Source: a bacterium (GTDB taxonomy: Bacteria; Hinthialibacterota; Hinthialibacteria; Hinthialibacterales; Hinthialibacteraceae). Taken from it: a DNA stretch of 64,000 bases. Shown piece after piece: positions 11,058-21,951 of the stretch (positions are counted from its first letter, which is position 1; every line of letters starts with the position of its first letter). The stretch spans positions 1,824,001-1,888,000 of the forward strand of contig CAXXMV010000006.1 in NCBI GenBank assembly GCA_963662285.2. The letters are read 5' to 3'. The translations under genes and the position numbers were made by a program. The notes under the pieces are model-generated. The model had not been told where the DNA came from and did no database searches. It was given only the letters and a program-made list of their open reading frames with translations.

Positions 11058-11117
11058 AAAACCACTCATGTTCCAACAGTGATTCTAAATTGGTCTATTA
11101 AGCAATATAAACGTCTA

Positions 11118-12455
11118 TCATTTCGGAAAAACTTTGGCGTATTCCGAGCCATCCCATTTCATTTTCCAAATGGCGCCTTTGCCGTAGAATAAGATGTATT
11201 GATCATCCAATGTGGAAATCTCACGGCTATCCACTTTAAATGGAATATCGACGGTCTTAATCTTCTCGCAGAATCGATTATTATCGCCGTTTTCTATTAT
11301 TGAGGGCTTATAAATATCAAATGACGGGGAAATAAATTGCTTGTTATTGATATCAAATTCAGGGCAGAATGATATAATAAATTGATCATTGTTCAACGCC
11401 AAAATCGTTGACCATTTATCTTTCTCTTTAGGAATTGATCCACAGAATTTGAAGATATCATTAAACCCGCCATCTTTAATGCGACTGGAATTGATTTTAA
11501 CAACCGGACAACGATCCCATCCTCCTTCCTGTAAATAAAAACAAGAAGAACAATCACCATGTTGGTCGCATGAAGAAACATGCAAATATTTTCCCATTTG
11601 AAGATCAGGAAGAATATCGTAAAGATTATTTAAGTCGAATGAGATAGTTTTAGGAGACGAACCAGTTGTAAAGCAATATAATTTCTTCTGTTCTTGATCT
11701 TCAAAACTGAAATAGCATCCATCATCAAGAGTTATAAGGTTATAGAGATATTTACCGGTTTTCCATTCATTCAATAAGTTAAGTTTATCTTCACCATAAC
11801 TGTATTCCTTCATTCCATCTTCAAAAATCCTATTGTGCATATTTGGAACGACGATTTTATTCTCGCCTGCAATGGGGAAAAAGTGTTCGGGAATTTCTTT
11901 CTTCGATTCTATGTTTCCTGCAATATCGACTAACATATATTCATGTTCAGATTTTTTACATAGATTACGAAAATCATGGGGCAATAAAGGTAATGACGCA
12001 TAAATTGGTAATTTGGTTGTTGAATGAAGAAATTGTAATATTGGTTCACGGTTAATGGAAAAAGATTTTTTATGAAACCACGTTTCACCATCCATCACTA
12101 AACCCGATTCTACATAATATTTAGAAGTCCATTCTCCGTTTAAAACGCTTAACGACCTTGAATTATCGATTAGAAATCCACGATATAATAAGGTTGTATA
12201 GCCATAGTTCCACCTACCTGAAGACTGTGGATAGCCGTTATCGTGAAACCGGCAGAATATATAAGGCGTTCCTCTGATCGGTATGATTGATTCACAATAG
12301 AACCGATCTTCATCTTTCTGCGACCAACCAAAATCGCTTTGCTCTTGCGCGTTGAATTCAATATAAATCGGGAAATAGATAAAGAAATAATAAAAACCGC
12401 CAATCAGCAAAGCGACGAGAAGAATCCTAAGTAACCATCGATATTTTTTCTGCAT
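11118..12455 (-). CDS. Hypothetical protein with an N-terminal membrane anchor
   Basis: 445-aa ORF with a GGAG RBS; C-terminal half highly similar to 9614-10699. Confidence 0.8.
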   Translation of the reverse strand: MQKKYRWLLRILLVALLIGGFYYFFIYFPIYIEFNAQEQSDFGWSQKDEDRFYCESIIPIRGTPYIFCRFHDNGYPQSSGRWNYGYTTLLYRGFLIDNSRSLSVLNGEWTSKYYVESGLVMDGETWFHKKSFSINREPILQFLHSTTKLPIYASLPLLPHDFRNLCKKSEHEYMLVDIAGNIESKKEIPEHFFPIAGENKIVVPNMHNRIFEDGMKEYSYGEDKLNLLNEWKTGKYLYNLITLDDGCYFSFEDQEQKKLYCFTTGSSPKTISFDLNNLYDILPDLQMGKYLHVSSCDQHGDCSSCFYLQEGGWDRCPVVKINSSRIKDGGFNDIFKFCGSIPKEKDKWSTILALNNDQFIISFCPEFDINNKQFISPSFDIYKPSIIENGDNNRFCEKIKTVDIPFKVDSREISTLDDQYILFYGKGAIWKMKWDGSEYAKVFPK

Positions 12456-12565
12456 GAATAATCTCCATCAAAAAGTTGAATTCAACCTCAATAAATTAAC
12501 GAGTAACATAGTGGTTTATTACGGTTTAGAGACTAGAAAGTGGAACTAAAGCAGATAGCAGGTTA

Positions 12566-13570
12566 TTAAGACGCCATGCGGGATACTTCAATAGCAGGGA
12601 TATTGGATATTTTCAGGGCTGGTTCGCGCCAGGATTGGTCATCGCGTATATTGGCGTCAACCAAATGTCCTTGTCGCGTACCGCGACGGGCGAATTCATC
12701 TTCGATTGACTGATAGACGGCTTTACGATCCAGACACCAATCAGGCGCCACTAATACATTAGGCGGAGCGTCGGCGGTGAGACGTTGTACGCTGACATCA
12801 TCGGGGATGCGTTCCAGAAAATCGCAGACGATCCTGGCGTATTCTTCCATACCGAACATCTTGAATTTCCCCTCAAGATAATCCTTCTCCATTTGGGTAT
12901 TCTTCATAACATGAAGCAGGTGAACCTTAATGCTGTGGAAGGGAAGTATCGCAATACGCTCAGCGGTCAGCATCATGTCTTCCCACGATTCACCGGGCAA
13001 TCCGAGAATAACGTGGATGCAAATCTTTAGGTCACGCTGCGAGGCCTGATGCATTCCCCAGATGAAGCGTTCATAGGTGTCGCAACGGTTGATGCTCTCT
13101 AAAGTCCGGTTATGACTGGATTGCAGGCCATACTCCACCCAAACCTCGAAACGTTCCGAGTATGATTCTAGTAAGTCAAGTGTTTTCAATGACACGCAGT
13201 CAGGACGGGTGCCGACGGCGAAGGAGACAATATCTTCATAAGGAAGGATATGGTCATAGATTTCTTTCAATTGTGGAATGGGAGCGAAGGTGTTGGTATA
13301 GGCCTGAAAATAGGCCAGAAATTTCTTGGCTTTGAACCTGCCGCGCTGAAATTCCATACCATTTTCAATTTGTTCAGTAATGGGCAGAACTGGAACGCGG
13401 GAATTATAACTGAAACCTTCGTTATTACAGTAGGAGCAGCCGCCTTCTCCCTTGGTTCCGTCTATATTGGGACATGTAAAACCGGCGTCGATGGCCAATT
13501 TATGCACGCGGCAGCCAAAGCGCTCTTTAAGATAACTTCCAAATGTAAAATAAGGCTTTTCAATCAACAT
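12566..13570 (-). CDS. Radical SAM protein, TIGR01212 (YhcC) family
   Basis: DAGFTCPNIDG..GGCSYC, YFQAYTNT, GTRPDC motifs; probable start MLIEKPY at 13570, directly after the upstream stop. Confidence 0.9.
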   Translation of the reverse strand: MLIEKPYFTFGSYLKERFGCRVHKLAIDAGFTCPNIDGTKGEGGCSYCNNEGFSYNSRVPVLPITEQIENGMEFQRGRFKAKKFLAYFQAYTNTFAPIPQLKEIYDHILPYEDIVSFAVGTRPDCVSLKTLDLLESYSERFEVWVEYGLQSSHNRTLESINRCDTYERFIWGMHQASQRDLKICIHVILGLPGESWEDMMLTAERIAILPFHSIKVHLLHVMKNTQMEKDYLEGKFKMFGMEEYARIVCDFLERIPDDVSVQRLTADAPPNVLVAPDWCLDRKAVYQSIEDEFARRGTRQGHLVDANIRDDQSWREPALKISNIPAIEVSRMAS

Positions 13571-13571
13571 G

Positions 13572-15170
13572 CTATTTCCGCTCGAAGAAGGATATGAATC
13601 CAAATCGAGTCTCTTCAGTGCGATATTCGTATAACTGGTGAAAGCGTTGATCCTGCCACATATCCATCTGGGCCGGATAGGTGAGCATATCAACCAACTT
13701 ATCTTCAGGATAAGGTTGGGAGGTAAAAAACAGAAGGGGAAAGAGTTGTATCAATCGGGGCTTACGTTCTAAAACATAGTCCGAATTACTCTTATCATGT
13801 CCGGGAAGACACAGGTTTTCGTATTTTAACGGGGTGTGAGCGATGGTGCTGTCGTTTAATCCCAGCATATCAATACAGCGCAATTCGCAATGATATGGAA
13901 TAGCCCCGGCGTTAATAACCGCAATCAGAGTTTCCGGAGGATATTTTTCTTTCAGCCATATACCCACGTTAGCCCAACTGCGGGTCCATTTTACCGTTGA
14001 AAGATGATATTTAGCTCCTTGAGCGAAGCGGCACGGCGTATCAACTTTAAACTCGGTAAGCTGCATTCCATGAGCGGGGATTAAGATTAATACAATAACC
14101 GCTATAACAGAGTTAATTACAAATTTACAAAAATAAGAAGGATTCACAAACTTTGTCATGATCAACTGATCAATGCATAATTGCAAACCGCGAATACTCA
14201 GGATTGAGAAGAAAGCGATAGCGGGAATCAGGAACCGGTGCAGCGTAAAATGGTCTCCGCCTTCCATGGTGACTAACGCAGTATGCAATAAGACAAACAT
14301 TAATGCGACTAAACTGGAGGGGCGGTATGCTTTACGCTCCAGCAATAATCCGAAAACAGCGAATAAAAATAGTGGACGGGGACGGAAAAAGTAGTAGGTA
14401 TATTCCAATCCACGCCATGCCAGATGCAGGCCTCCAAAATTATGCTTAGCGTAAAATGTGTTAGGAAGCGGTTGTCCAAAATAAAACAGCCGGAATCCAA
14501 TAAAAAGAGAGTAGGGAACTATCACAGTTGCGATGAATAAGAGGATAAGCGATTTAGAGAGACGTTTCTGCAAGAACCAGTAAGACAGACACAGGAACCA
14601 GAAAGCCGGTCCCTCTGGCCGGATCAATGAAACAAACAACATAAGAAGACAGACTGCGATATCCGGCCAGCGCCTGATCAGCGCATAGCATAGTAAAAGT
14701 AGGACGAATGAATAAGCGGTAGTCTCCATCCCCGAAAGAGAGTAGGCCGCTAATGATACATCGCTGGCTACTGCCAATCCTGCGGCAAGCGGCCAAAAGA
14801 GGGCATTAAAAATAATCCCGGATTTTTGATCATAAAATATGTTTCGATAGGAGAAAATGGATAAAACAATCAGAGCAAATGCTGATAGCAGGCTGGTTGC
14901 TTGAGAAACAATGGCTAACGGCAAACGGCATAACGCGCATAGAGTCAACCAGAAAGTCCAAAGCGGGCTGGTGTAGCCTTCAATTTTCTCTCCACCGGGA
15001 TAGAACACAATGCCATGCCCCTGAGCAATGTTACGCGCATAGGTCATAGGGATATATCCATCGTCAACCAGTCCGAAATCCCAAACTGAAAACCAGCAAG
15101 AGAAAAGAACTACCGTTATCAGTGCGATTATGATTAAAATAAAAGTTTGGCGTTTGGATGACATAAACAA
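13572..15170 (-). CDS. GT-C fold integral membrane glycosyltransferase (arabinofuranosyltransferase-like)
   Basis: DDGYI..YARNIAQGHG..EGYTSPLW, SGMET, RPEG, LPNTFYAK, GAIPY and DMLGLND motifs; many TM segments. Confidence 0.75.
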   Translation of the reverse strand: MFMSSKRQTFILIIIALITVVLFSCWFSVWDFGLVDDGYIPMTYARNIAQGHGIVFYPGGEKIEGYTSPLWTFWLTLCALCRLPLAIVSQATSLLSAFALIVLSIFSYRNIFYDQKSGIIFNALFWPLAAGLAVASDVSLAAYSLSGMETTAYSFVLLLLCYALIRRWPDIAVCLLMLFVSLIRPEGPAFWFLCLSYWFLQKRLSKSLILLFIATVIVPYSLFIGFRLFYFGQPLPNTFYAKHNFGGLHLAWRGLEYTYYFFRPRPLFLFAVFGLLLERKAYRPSSLVALMFVLLHTALVTMEGGDHFTLHRFLIPAIAFFSILSIRGLQLCIDQLIMTKFVNPSYFCKFVINSVIAVIVLILIPAHGMQLTEFKVDTPCRFAQGAKYHLSTVKWTRSWANVGIWLKEKYPPETLIAVINAGAIPYHCELRCIDMLGLNDSTIAHTPLKYENLCLPGHDKSNSDYVLERKPRLIQLFPLLFFTSQPYPEDKLVDMLTYPAQMDMWQDQRFHQLYEYRTEETRFGFISFFERK

Positions 15171-15373
15171 TATTATTTCTTGGATTTTATTGAGTTCAAT
15201 CGTTGTAGAGTAATTATCTTACAACAAATTCATCATACCACTGAAAAGTTATATGTCGGAGGTTTGAAAAACCACTTCTATAGTAATCCATGCTTAGACG
15301 AATGCGTCAGTTAAGGCTAGAATAGTTTTATGAATTTAGTCTTCAAAGATATTAGATTGTGAGGTTCACCATT

Positions 15374-17035
15374 ATGAGAAGTGATATAATGAAGACCGGA
15401 GTGGAAAAAGGTCCACACCGGAGTCTATGGTATGCAACTGGTTTATCAAAAACTGATTTAGATAAACCAATCATCGGCATCGCCAATTCTTTCAATGAAA
15501 TTGTTCCCGGTCATGTTGAGTTGAACAAAATAGCCAATGCAGTTAAACGAGGCATTTTGATGTCCGGTGGAACTCCGGTTGAATTCAACACAATCGCCGT
15601 AGACGATGGCATTGCCATGAATCATAAGGGAATGCGCTATTCGCTGGTCAGCCGTGAAAATATCGCTGATAGCGTCGAAATTATGGCTACAGCGCATCCG
15701 TTTGACGCTCTCGTTCTGGTATCCAATTGCGACAAGATAACACCGGGAATGCTGATGGCGGCCGCCCGGCTTAATATTCCAGCTATCCTTATTACAGGCG
15801 GTCCCATGCTGGCGGGATATGACCGTGGCGAGAAGGTCGGTCTGGATAAAATGTTCGACCGCATCGCTCCAACCAAAAATGGCGAAATTTCTGAGCCGGT
15901 GTTTGAAGAATCCTGCGCCGCCGCTTGTCCCGGAACCGGTTCATGCTCCGGCATGTTCACCGCCAACTCCATGAACTGCGTGGCCGAAGCATTAGGTATG
16001 GCGTTGCCCGGCAACGGAACTATTCCCGCCGTTTTCGCCGATAGAATCCGTCTGGCGCAAGAAGCGGGCGTCAAGATTATGGACTTGATTAAGAACGATC
16101 TCAAACCGCGCGATATCATGACCCGTGAAGCATTTCATAATGCCATTGCGCTTGATATGGCTTTCGGCGGCTCTACCAACACATCGCTCCATATTCCCGC
16201 CATTGCTCATGAAGCGGGCGTTAAACTGACCTTGAAGGATTTCAACGAGGTCAGCGACCGGACTCCGCATATCTGTAATATGGCGCCTGCCGGTCCATTC
16301 CACATGGAAGACCTGGATCAGGCGGGAGGCGTCTCTTCTATTCTTAACACCATAGCCCAGAAAAACCTGCTCAACCTGGATACCAAGACTGTCACTGGTA
16401 AAACTCTGGGCGAAAACATTAAAGATTCTCCCATAGGAAACAGCGACGTCATCCGACCGCTGGATAATCCATATCACGAAACCGGTGGATTGTGCTGCCT
16501 CTTCGGCAACCTGGCGCCAGACGGCAGTGTAGTCAAAGCCGCCGCCGTAGCCCCTGAAATGATGAAACACAGCGGCCCCGCCCGGATATATAAATCAGAA
16601 TCCGAAGCGGTTAAAGCCATACTGAGCAAGGAAATCAAAGAAGGCGACGTGGTCGTCATCAGTTACGAAGGCCCCAAGGGCGGTCCGGGAATGCCGGAAA
16701 TGCTGACGCCCACCTCAGTTGTAAAAGGTATGGGAATGGCCTCTAAAGTTGCGCTGATAACAGACGGACGATTTTCAGGCGCTACCTCAGGCGCATCAAT
16801 CGGCCATATATCACCTGAAGCGATGGAAGGCGGCCCGATTGGACTACTCGAAGAAGGCGACATCATTGAAATCGATATCCCTAACCGTAGTTTGAGCGTT
16901 AAACTTTCTGATGAAGAATTACAGAAACGCCGTGATGCTTGGGTTAAACCTGAACCGAAAATCAAAGGTGGAGTCATTGCGCGTTACGCAAAAATGGTCT
17001 CTTCCGCCGCAAGCGGAGCTGTATTCTTTGATTAA
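15374..17035 (+). CDS. ilvD: Dihydroxy-acid dehydratase
   Basis: CDKITPGM, CSGMFTANSM, GGSTN, EGPKGGPGMPEM, ITDGRFSG motifs. Confidence 0.97.
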   Translation: MRSDIMKTGVEKGPHRSLWYATGLSKTDLDKPIIGIANSFNEIVPGHVELNKIANAVKRGILMSGGTPVEFNTIAVDDGIAMNHKGMRYSLVSRENIADSVEIMATAHPFDALVLVSNCDKITPGMLMAAARLNIPAILITGGPMLAGYDRGEKVGLDKMFDRIAPTKNGEISEPVFEESCAAACPGTGSCSGMFTANSMNCVAEALGMALPGNGTIPAVFADRIRLAQEAGVKIMDLIKNDLKPRDIMTREAFHNAIALDMAFGGSTNTSLHIPAIAHEAGVKLTLKDFNEVSDRTPHICNMAPAGPFHMEDLDQAGGVSSILNTIAQKNLLNLDTKTVTGKTLGENIKDSPIGNSDVIRPLDNPYHETGGLCCLFGNLAPDGSVVKAAAVAPEMMKHSGPARIYKSESEAVKAILSKEIKEGDVVVISYEGPKGGPGMPEMLTPTSVVKGMGMASKVALITDGRFSGATSGASIGHISPEAMEGGPIGLLEEGDIIEIDIPNRSLSVKLSDEELQKRRDAWVKPEPKIKGGVIARYAKMVSSAASGAVFFD

Positions 17036-17046
17036 GCCATAACTCA

Positions 17047-17078
17047 TCCGGTAGCAGGCATACAATCCTGCTGCCGGA
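17047..17078 (+). terminator. Hairpin after ilvD
   Basis: TCCGGTAGCAGG/CCTGCTGCCGGA stem; weak T-tract. Confidence 0.5.
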
Positions 17079-17085
17079 TTATAAT

Positions 17086-17432
17086 TCTTCTCCAAGTTGG
17101 GTGAGAGGGAATTCTTATAAGTGGGTGATTCTTTGGTGGGTCGATGAGGCGTGACCCACCCTACGCGTGGGTGGCGTCAAATTCCTCTCCCAAGATTGGG
17201 AGAGGTAAGGAGAGGGTTGATAATATCCCCTTTTGCGTCAGAAAGATCATAAATTGACGATAAACTTGTAGATAACAACCCCCTCTTTAATTCTCCCCCA
17301 GGCTTGGGGGAGAGGGGTTTTGTGAAATAACAAGGTTTATCTTTGGTGGATCGATGAGGCGTGACCCACCCTACGCGTGGGCGCCATCACATTCCTCTCC
17401 CAAGATTGGGAGAGGTTAGGAGAGGGTTGATA
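17086..17432. repeat. BIME-like mosaic: two 93-bp direct repeats (17130-17222, 17340-17432), each a REP plus a CCTCTCCC..GGGAGAGG element, with inverted copies of the second element
   Basis: Near-identical 93-bp copies 210 bp apart; inverted copies at about 17277-17318 and 17086-17112. Confidence 0.85.
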
Positions 17433-17529
17433 TCGGTCATCTTCTAAGATAAATAACTCTATATAGCAACCTTGGTTTCCATGATTAAGAAAACACATAT
17501 TACGTTACCTTAAGAATCGCTCTGAATTT

Positions 17530-18648
17530 ATGAAAACGATTTCGCGCTGGATTATCATTGATATGCTTAAAGCCGTTGCTGAAGGGGCGGTATTGTTTTC
17601 ATTTATCTTTCTTTTAAAGCGGTTGTACGATCTTACCGACCTTTTCGCCGCAGGCTCAGCAACTCTTATTACGACATGCCAGTTGCTTTTTTCCATCCTG
17701 CCGACCATCATGCTGCTTACCTTTCCCATGGCATCGCTTCTAGCCGCGATGATGGTATATGGGCGTATCGCCCAGGATAATGAATTAACCGCATTACAGG
17801 CGGCGGGGTATTCAACACGCCAATTATTGGTTCCAGCCTTGATAATCGGTTTGCTTATGACAGGTCTATTACTTTGGTGGGCGAATCGAATCGCACCCAA
17901 AGGGCTGAGGCTTTTTGGCGACATCGCATCAAATATCATACAGGATTCAAGCACTGTGGGATTAATGCCCGGCGCGTTCAATGCCTTGGGAAATTTCACT
18001 CTGGCGCCCAGTTCTATCGATGAATCCGGTACAATGCGTAATATACGTTTATTTGAACAAAAAGAGGGAAGGATTTCGAGTATAATTTCCGCTCCTTCTG
18101 GAACTATACTATATGCTCCCAGAGAAAATTCCATAATCTTAAATTTGGAAAAAGGGAATTTGCATAAAACATCTTCAGATAATAAAAATATGGGAATTAG
18201 ATTCAATGAGTTTCATTTCTCTGTCGGGATACCAAAACTACTAAGCGAACTGGCTCAACCGGAACGCAGGGAAAACCAATTACGAAACGCCGATTTAGTA
18301 TTTACATTAAACACTTATCCGCAAAAGCCGGATGCCGAACGGACTCGTGATTTGGATCGTTGGTACCATAGATGTCAAATCGAATTAAACCGACGGTATG
18401 CATTGCCATGCGCATGTTTGATCATGGCGCTGTTGGGCGCCTTATTGGGAATCCAATCCAATAGAGGTAAGCGGTCTTCATGTTACGCCATGACAGTCTT
18501 TATTATTTTTGTGTATTACATCCTGTTGAGCTTCGGTAAGACAGCAGCGTTATCAGGTTCATTACCAGCGTGGTTATGCCTTTGGATTCCTAATATGGTC
18601 GCAATGATTTTTGGATCATATATTTATTATCGATCCAATCGCGTCTAG
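17530..18648 (+). CDS. lptF: LPS export ABC permease LptF
   Basis: YGRIAQDNELTALQAAGYS motif; 3+3 TM layout; WLCLWIPN. Confidence 0.8.
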   Translation: MKTISRWIIIDMLKAVAEGAVLFSFIFLLKRLYDLTDLFAAGSATLITTCQLLFSILPTIMLLTFPMASLLAAMMVYGRIAQDNELTALQAAGYSTRQLLVPALIIGLLMTGLLLWWANRIAPKGLRLFGDIASNIIQDSSTVGLMPGAFNALGNFTLAPSSIDESGTMRNIRLFEQKEGRISSIISAPSGTILYAPRENSIILNLEKGNLHKTSSDNKNMGIRFNEFHFSVGIPKLLSELAQPERRENQLRNADLVFTLNTYPQKPDAERTRDLDRWYHRCQIELNRRYALPCACLIMALLGALLGIQSNRGKRSSCYAMTVFIIFVYYILLSFGKTAALSGSLPAWLCLWIPNMVAMIFGSYIYYRSNRV

Positions 18649-18707
18649 AAGGCTATAAACAATATGCGTTCAAAATCATTAATCAAACTTATAATATCTA
18701 TTAACCA

Positions 18708-19818
18708 ATGAATCCAATATCATATAAAACCTATACCGCAGATTTTTATCTTCTTAAGACATTCTTGAATGCTTTTGCATTTGTATTTTCATTATTTTTC
18801 GCTATTGCATTTGTATTAATTCTATTCGAAGAGTTGGATGTACTTTTAAAATTCAATGCCTCGTTCGGCGTTGGATTAACCTATGTATTTCTGCGCATTC
18901 CTCATGAACTGGTTAAAGCGACGCCTATGGTGGTGGTGCTCGCCATGGTCAGCGCCATGGGAAACCTGCTTCGTCATAATGAGATGTTGATGTTATATAT
19001 CGCCGGATATACACCGGTGCGTCTTGCTGCCCCATTAGCGCTTTTTATGGTTTTGTTGTTATCAATCATATTTATTTTTAACGAAAAAATAAGCGGTCCA
19101 TTTGCAGCGCAAGCAGAGACGTTGATGGCTATTCGCATTAAGGGAGTCACTCAAGGCGTCTCACGTTCTGGTGGAATCTGGATGCATGGGCAAGAGAATA
19201 GAATCTTTCATGCCCAGACCTTTTACCCTAAGATTAACCCGATTGGATGATTTAACTATTATAGTTCAGGATAAAAACCAACTGCTAACCAAACGAATTG
19301 ACGCTGAAAGCGCTCTTTGGGATAAAGATCAGGAGAAATGGTCTTTGAAGAATGCGATGGTCTATACATTTCCAAGTGATGATAGTCCTATGCATTCTGA
19401 AAAACATGAACTACTGCTTTATTCATTGGGCCGGACTCCAAAAGATTTCAGCTCCGCCACTCAGAATATCGAACAAATGTCTCATGGAGATTTAAGCAAT
19501 ATGGTAAATTCCGTCCGGCAGGCGGGAGAGAATCCCCGAAAGTATCTGCCTGACCTTCGCATCAAAGAAGCTTTCCCATTTGCCGTATTTTTTCTAGGGC
19601 TTCTGGCTTATGCCATGATGCTCTATATGGGATCATCAGGAAAAGCATCGGGTATTGGATTGGGATTGCTTGCAGTGATACTTTATTTCATGTCGCTATC
19701 TTTAGGTAAGAGTTTTGCAGCGGAAATGATCCCACCATGGTTGGGCGCCTGGGCGCCCAACATAATATGTTTCATGTTAACCGTATATTTCTTTAATAAA
19801 TTACGCACTGAGATATAG
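18708..19818 (+). CDS. lptG: LPS export ABC permease LptG, split by a +1 frameshift near 19237-19241
   Basis: ORF1 has LLRHNEMLMLYIAG; ORF2 has RIDAESALWD and PPWLGAWAPN; removing one C from AACCCGATTG joins the two frames. Confidence 0.75.
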
Positions 19819-19821
19819 GAA

Positions 19822-20337
19822 TCAACCACCCCAGCGCTCTTTCATAACGATCTCTTCCATCGACAGGCGATTCTTAACGGTTGGAGTATCAGCGGGATAT
19901 CCAATGGTCAATAATTCAACCACGCGGATTTCCGGTGGGATTTCAAGCAACTCTTTAACCGGGATTTCATGAAAAGCGCCGATCCAGCAGGTTCCAAGAC
20001 CTTCTTCGACTGCTTGTAAACAGATGTGTTCCATAGCAATCGCTACATCAATCGGATAGCACAATTGGCCGCAAGCCATTACGTGATTTGTGGTTTTAGC
20101 GCAGCAGGCTAAAACCACCGGCGCCTGACCGACGAATTCCTGATTCTTGGCCGCTTTCATCAATTCCTGGCGTTTATTGGCATCTTGCACTACAATAAAC
20201 CGCCATTCCTGACGATTCATCGCTGATGGCGCCAGCCGTGCAGCCTCCAGCAAACGCAGTAGTTTTTCTTCTTCAACATCACGGTCTTGATATTTTCTAA
20301 CGCTATAACGTTCTTTTATAGTTTCCATTACATTCAT
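19822..20337 (-). CDS. Nitroreductase family protein
   Basis: RYSVRKY, APSAMNRQEW, GLGTCWIG motifs; GGAG RBS before 20337. Confidence 0.92.
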   Translation of the reverse strand: MNVMETIKERYSVRKYQDRDVEEEKLLRLLEAARLAPSAMNRQEWRFIVVQDANKRQELMKAAKNQEFVGQAPVVLACCAKTTNHVMACGQLCYPIDVAIAMEHICLQAVEEGLGTCWIGAFHEIPVKELLEIPPEIRVVELLTIGYPADTPTVKNRLSMEEIVMKERWGG

Positions 20338-20393
20338 TATTGCTCTCCAAATTTTTTTGAAAAATTGACATCTCAATGTACATCATCTTATTT

Positions 20394-21764
20394 TTATTCA
20401 GCAGCAGTACTGCCAAAAATCTTATATGGCGCAGTAAAGCGATCCAGTTCTCGCAACGGTTTCCAGTTTGAATCAACCAATACCATCCGGATAGAATGCA
20501 CTTCATCATCTACCAGTTTTTGATATGTATTAATTTCATCATGAAAATCTTCAGGAGATAAAACCCATGCCATATGAGTTAGTAATGTAGGCAAAAATGG
20601 AGTCACTTCAAAGGGGCGAATCTTGCTTTTAATATGTATTATCATTAAATGATCTTTTTGATCGCCATTCTCGGTAATGGTTTTTTTTACTTCACCTTTT
20701 TGATTGTAATATTGAAAACCGATTCTACCTTCCTGTGGAACGCCAAAATTGGCGAAATTTGCGAAACCACCATTACCGGGATGGAATTGAACTTCAAGCC
20801 GCTTGTTAAATACGATGCTATCTTTAACATCCACTATGGGGCCGTCGCAAACCACTGAATTCCATCGGGTAGAATAAGTTAATGATCGTCCAGGTTGCAG
20901 AACTACTTTACCTAAAACATAAGTTGCTTGCATATATGGATTAAATGCAGAAGATTTAGAATTTTGAGTTGCCAGGTCATCAACGCCATTTATATGTAAA
21001 ATCAGGTTATCTTTAACTGGAGAAATATCTTTTTCTGGAAACTCAAATTCAACTGCGCATACTGTACCGCCATTGATCTTTTTTTTACTTATGAGGTTTT
21101 GAATGGCGAACCAGTTTTTGTTGTTGGTAAGTTTAATTACGGCGTTATTCAGCATATAACGGGTGAGGAAAAGATTGTGTTCTGGCATATACGAATACAA
21201 TGAAGAATTGGTTTCTCCCTTAATTAAATCAAATCCTTTTTTGTTTCCAGCGCTTGGTGAATAAAAATACATGGCGGTATTGGGGATATTGTTACGGATA
21301 GCGGCCTTAAAAGTAATTTCTTCAGTGGGATAAAACTCAATACTTTTTTTACTGTTGTTGGTGATGGTAGTAGTGGATTTTAAGGTTGACTCCAGGTGAT
21401 TGATCCGATAATCACGGCTGATGGATACTAAAGTTGCAGTAACTGATTTAACTTGAATAACTGTCTCTGAAGGGCTTTTTAATGCATAATCAGCAACATA
21501 AGATTCCGGCATGGCAATGGTCTTGGATGATTTCAATGGATGATTGGTATATAAAAAAAGAGAGGAGGGAAGACTCTTTGCTTTGTCTTGAATCCAGAGA
21601 ACCGGTTCCTGGTGGGCGTAAAACTGCGATACTGATAGACCATCAGGTGCGCCGATCTCAGCGTGAATCCATTTATTTGAAAATGAATGGACTTTAGGTT
21701 TATAAGTTTCTGAATTAGCAGTAGTTACAGTTAATGAAAATAATAACATCAACAAAAATGGCAT
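20394..21764 (-). CDS. Hypothetical secreted protein (galactose-mutarotase-like beta-sandwich?)
   Basis: GGAGG RBS before ATG 21764; signal peptide; beta-rich. Confidence 0.6.
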   Translation of the reverse strand: MPFLLMLLFSLTVTTANSETYKPKVHSFSNKWIHAEIGAPDGLSVSQFYAHQEPVLWIQDKAKSLPSSLFLYTNHPLKSSKTIAMPESYVADYALKSPSETVIQVKSVTATLVSISRDYRINHLESTLKSTTTITNNSKKSIEFYPTEEITFKAAIRNNIPNTAMYFYSPSAGNKKGFDLIKGETNSSLYSYMPEHNLFLTRYMLNNAVIKLTNNKNWFAIQNLISKKKINGGTVCAVEFEFPEKDISPVKDNLILHINGVDDLATQNSKSSAFNPYMQATYVLGKVVLQPGRSLTYSTRWNSVVCDGPIVDVKDSIVFNKRLEVQFHPGNGGFANFANFGVPQEGRIGFQYYNQKGEVKKTITENGDQKDHLMIIHIKSKIRPFEVTPFLPTLLTHMAWVLSPEDFHDEINTYQKLVDDEVHSIRMVLVDSNWKPLRELDRFTAPYKIFGSTAAE

Positions 21765-21951
21765 CGTTTTCCTCCAACCAGCATATATGTTTACATAATA
21801 ACGATTTATCAGGTTAATTGTATCGTAGAACAAAGCAGTTTATTAAAAAAGTGGGAGAGACTTTGATTTTTCAAGAAATAGTGACATATTGAATCTGCCT
21901 TGAATAATTCACGTAAAAATCTCTTTATAGGAATTAAATATTCAAATAATT

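Noticed and set aside
13571-13693. N-terminal extension of the radical SAM ORF
   Set aside because: Overlaps the upstream gene; family-like sequence starts at 13570
15458-16977. Several minus-strand ORFs up to 192 aa
   Set aside because: Antisense to ilvD with no recognisable motifs
17130-17432. Possible CRISPR array or IS ends
   Set aside because: Only two 93-bp copies made of REP-type palindromes; no transposase or target-site duplication seen
17505-18206. 233-aa minus-strand ORF
   Set aside because: Antisense to lptF
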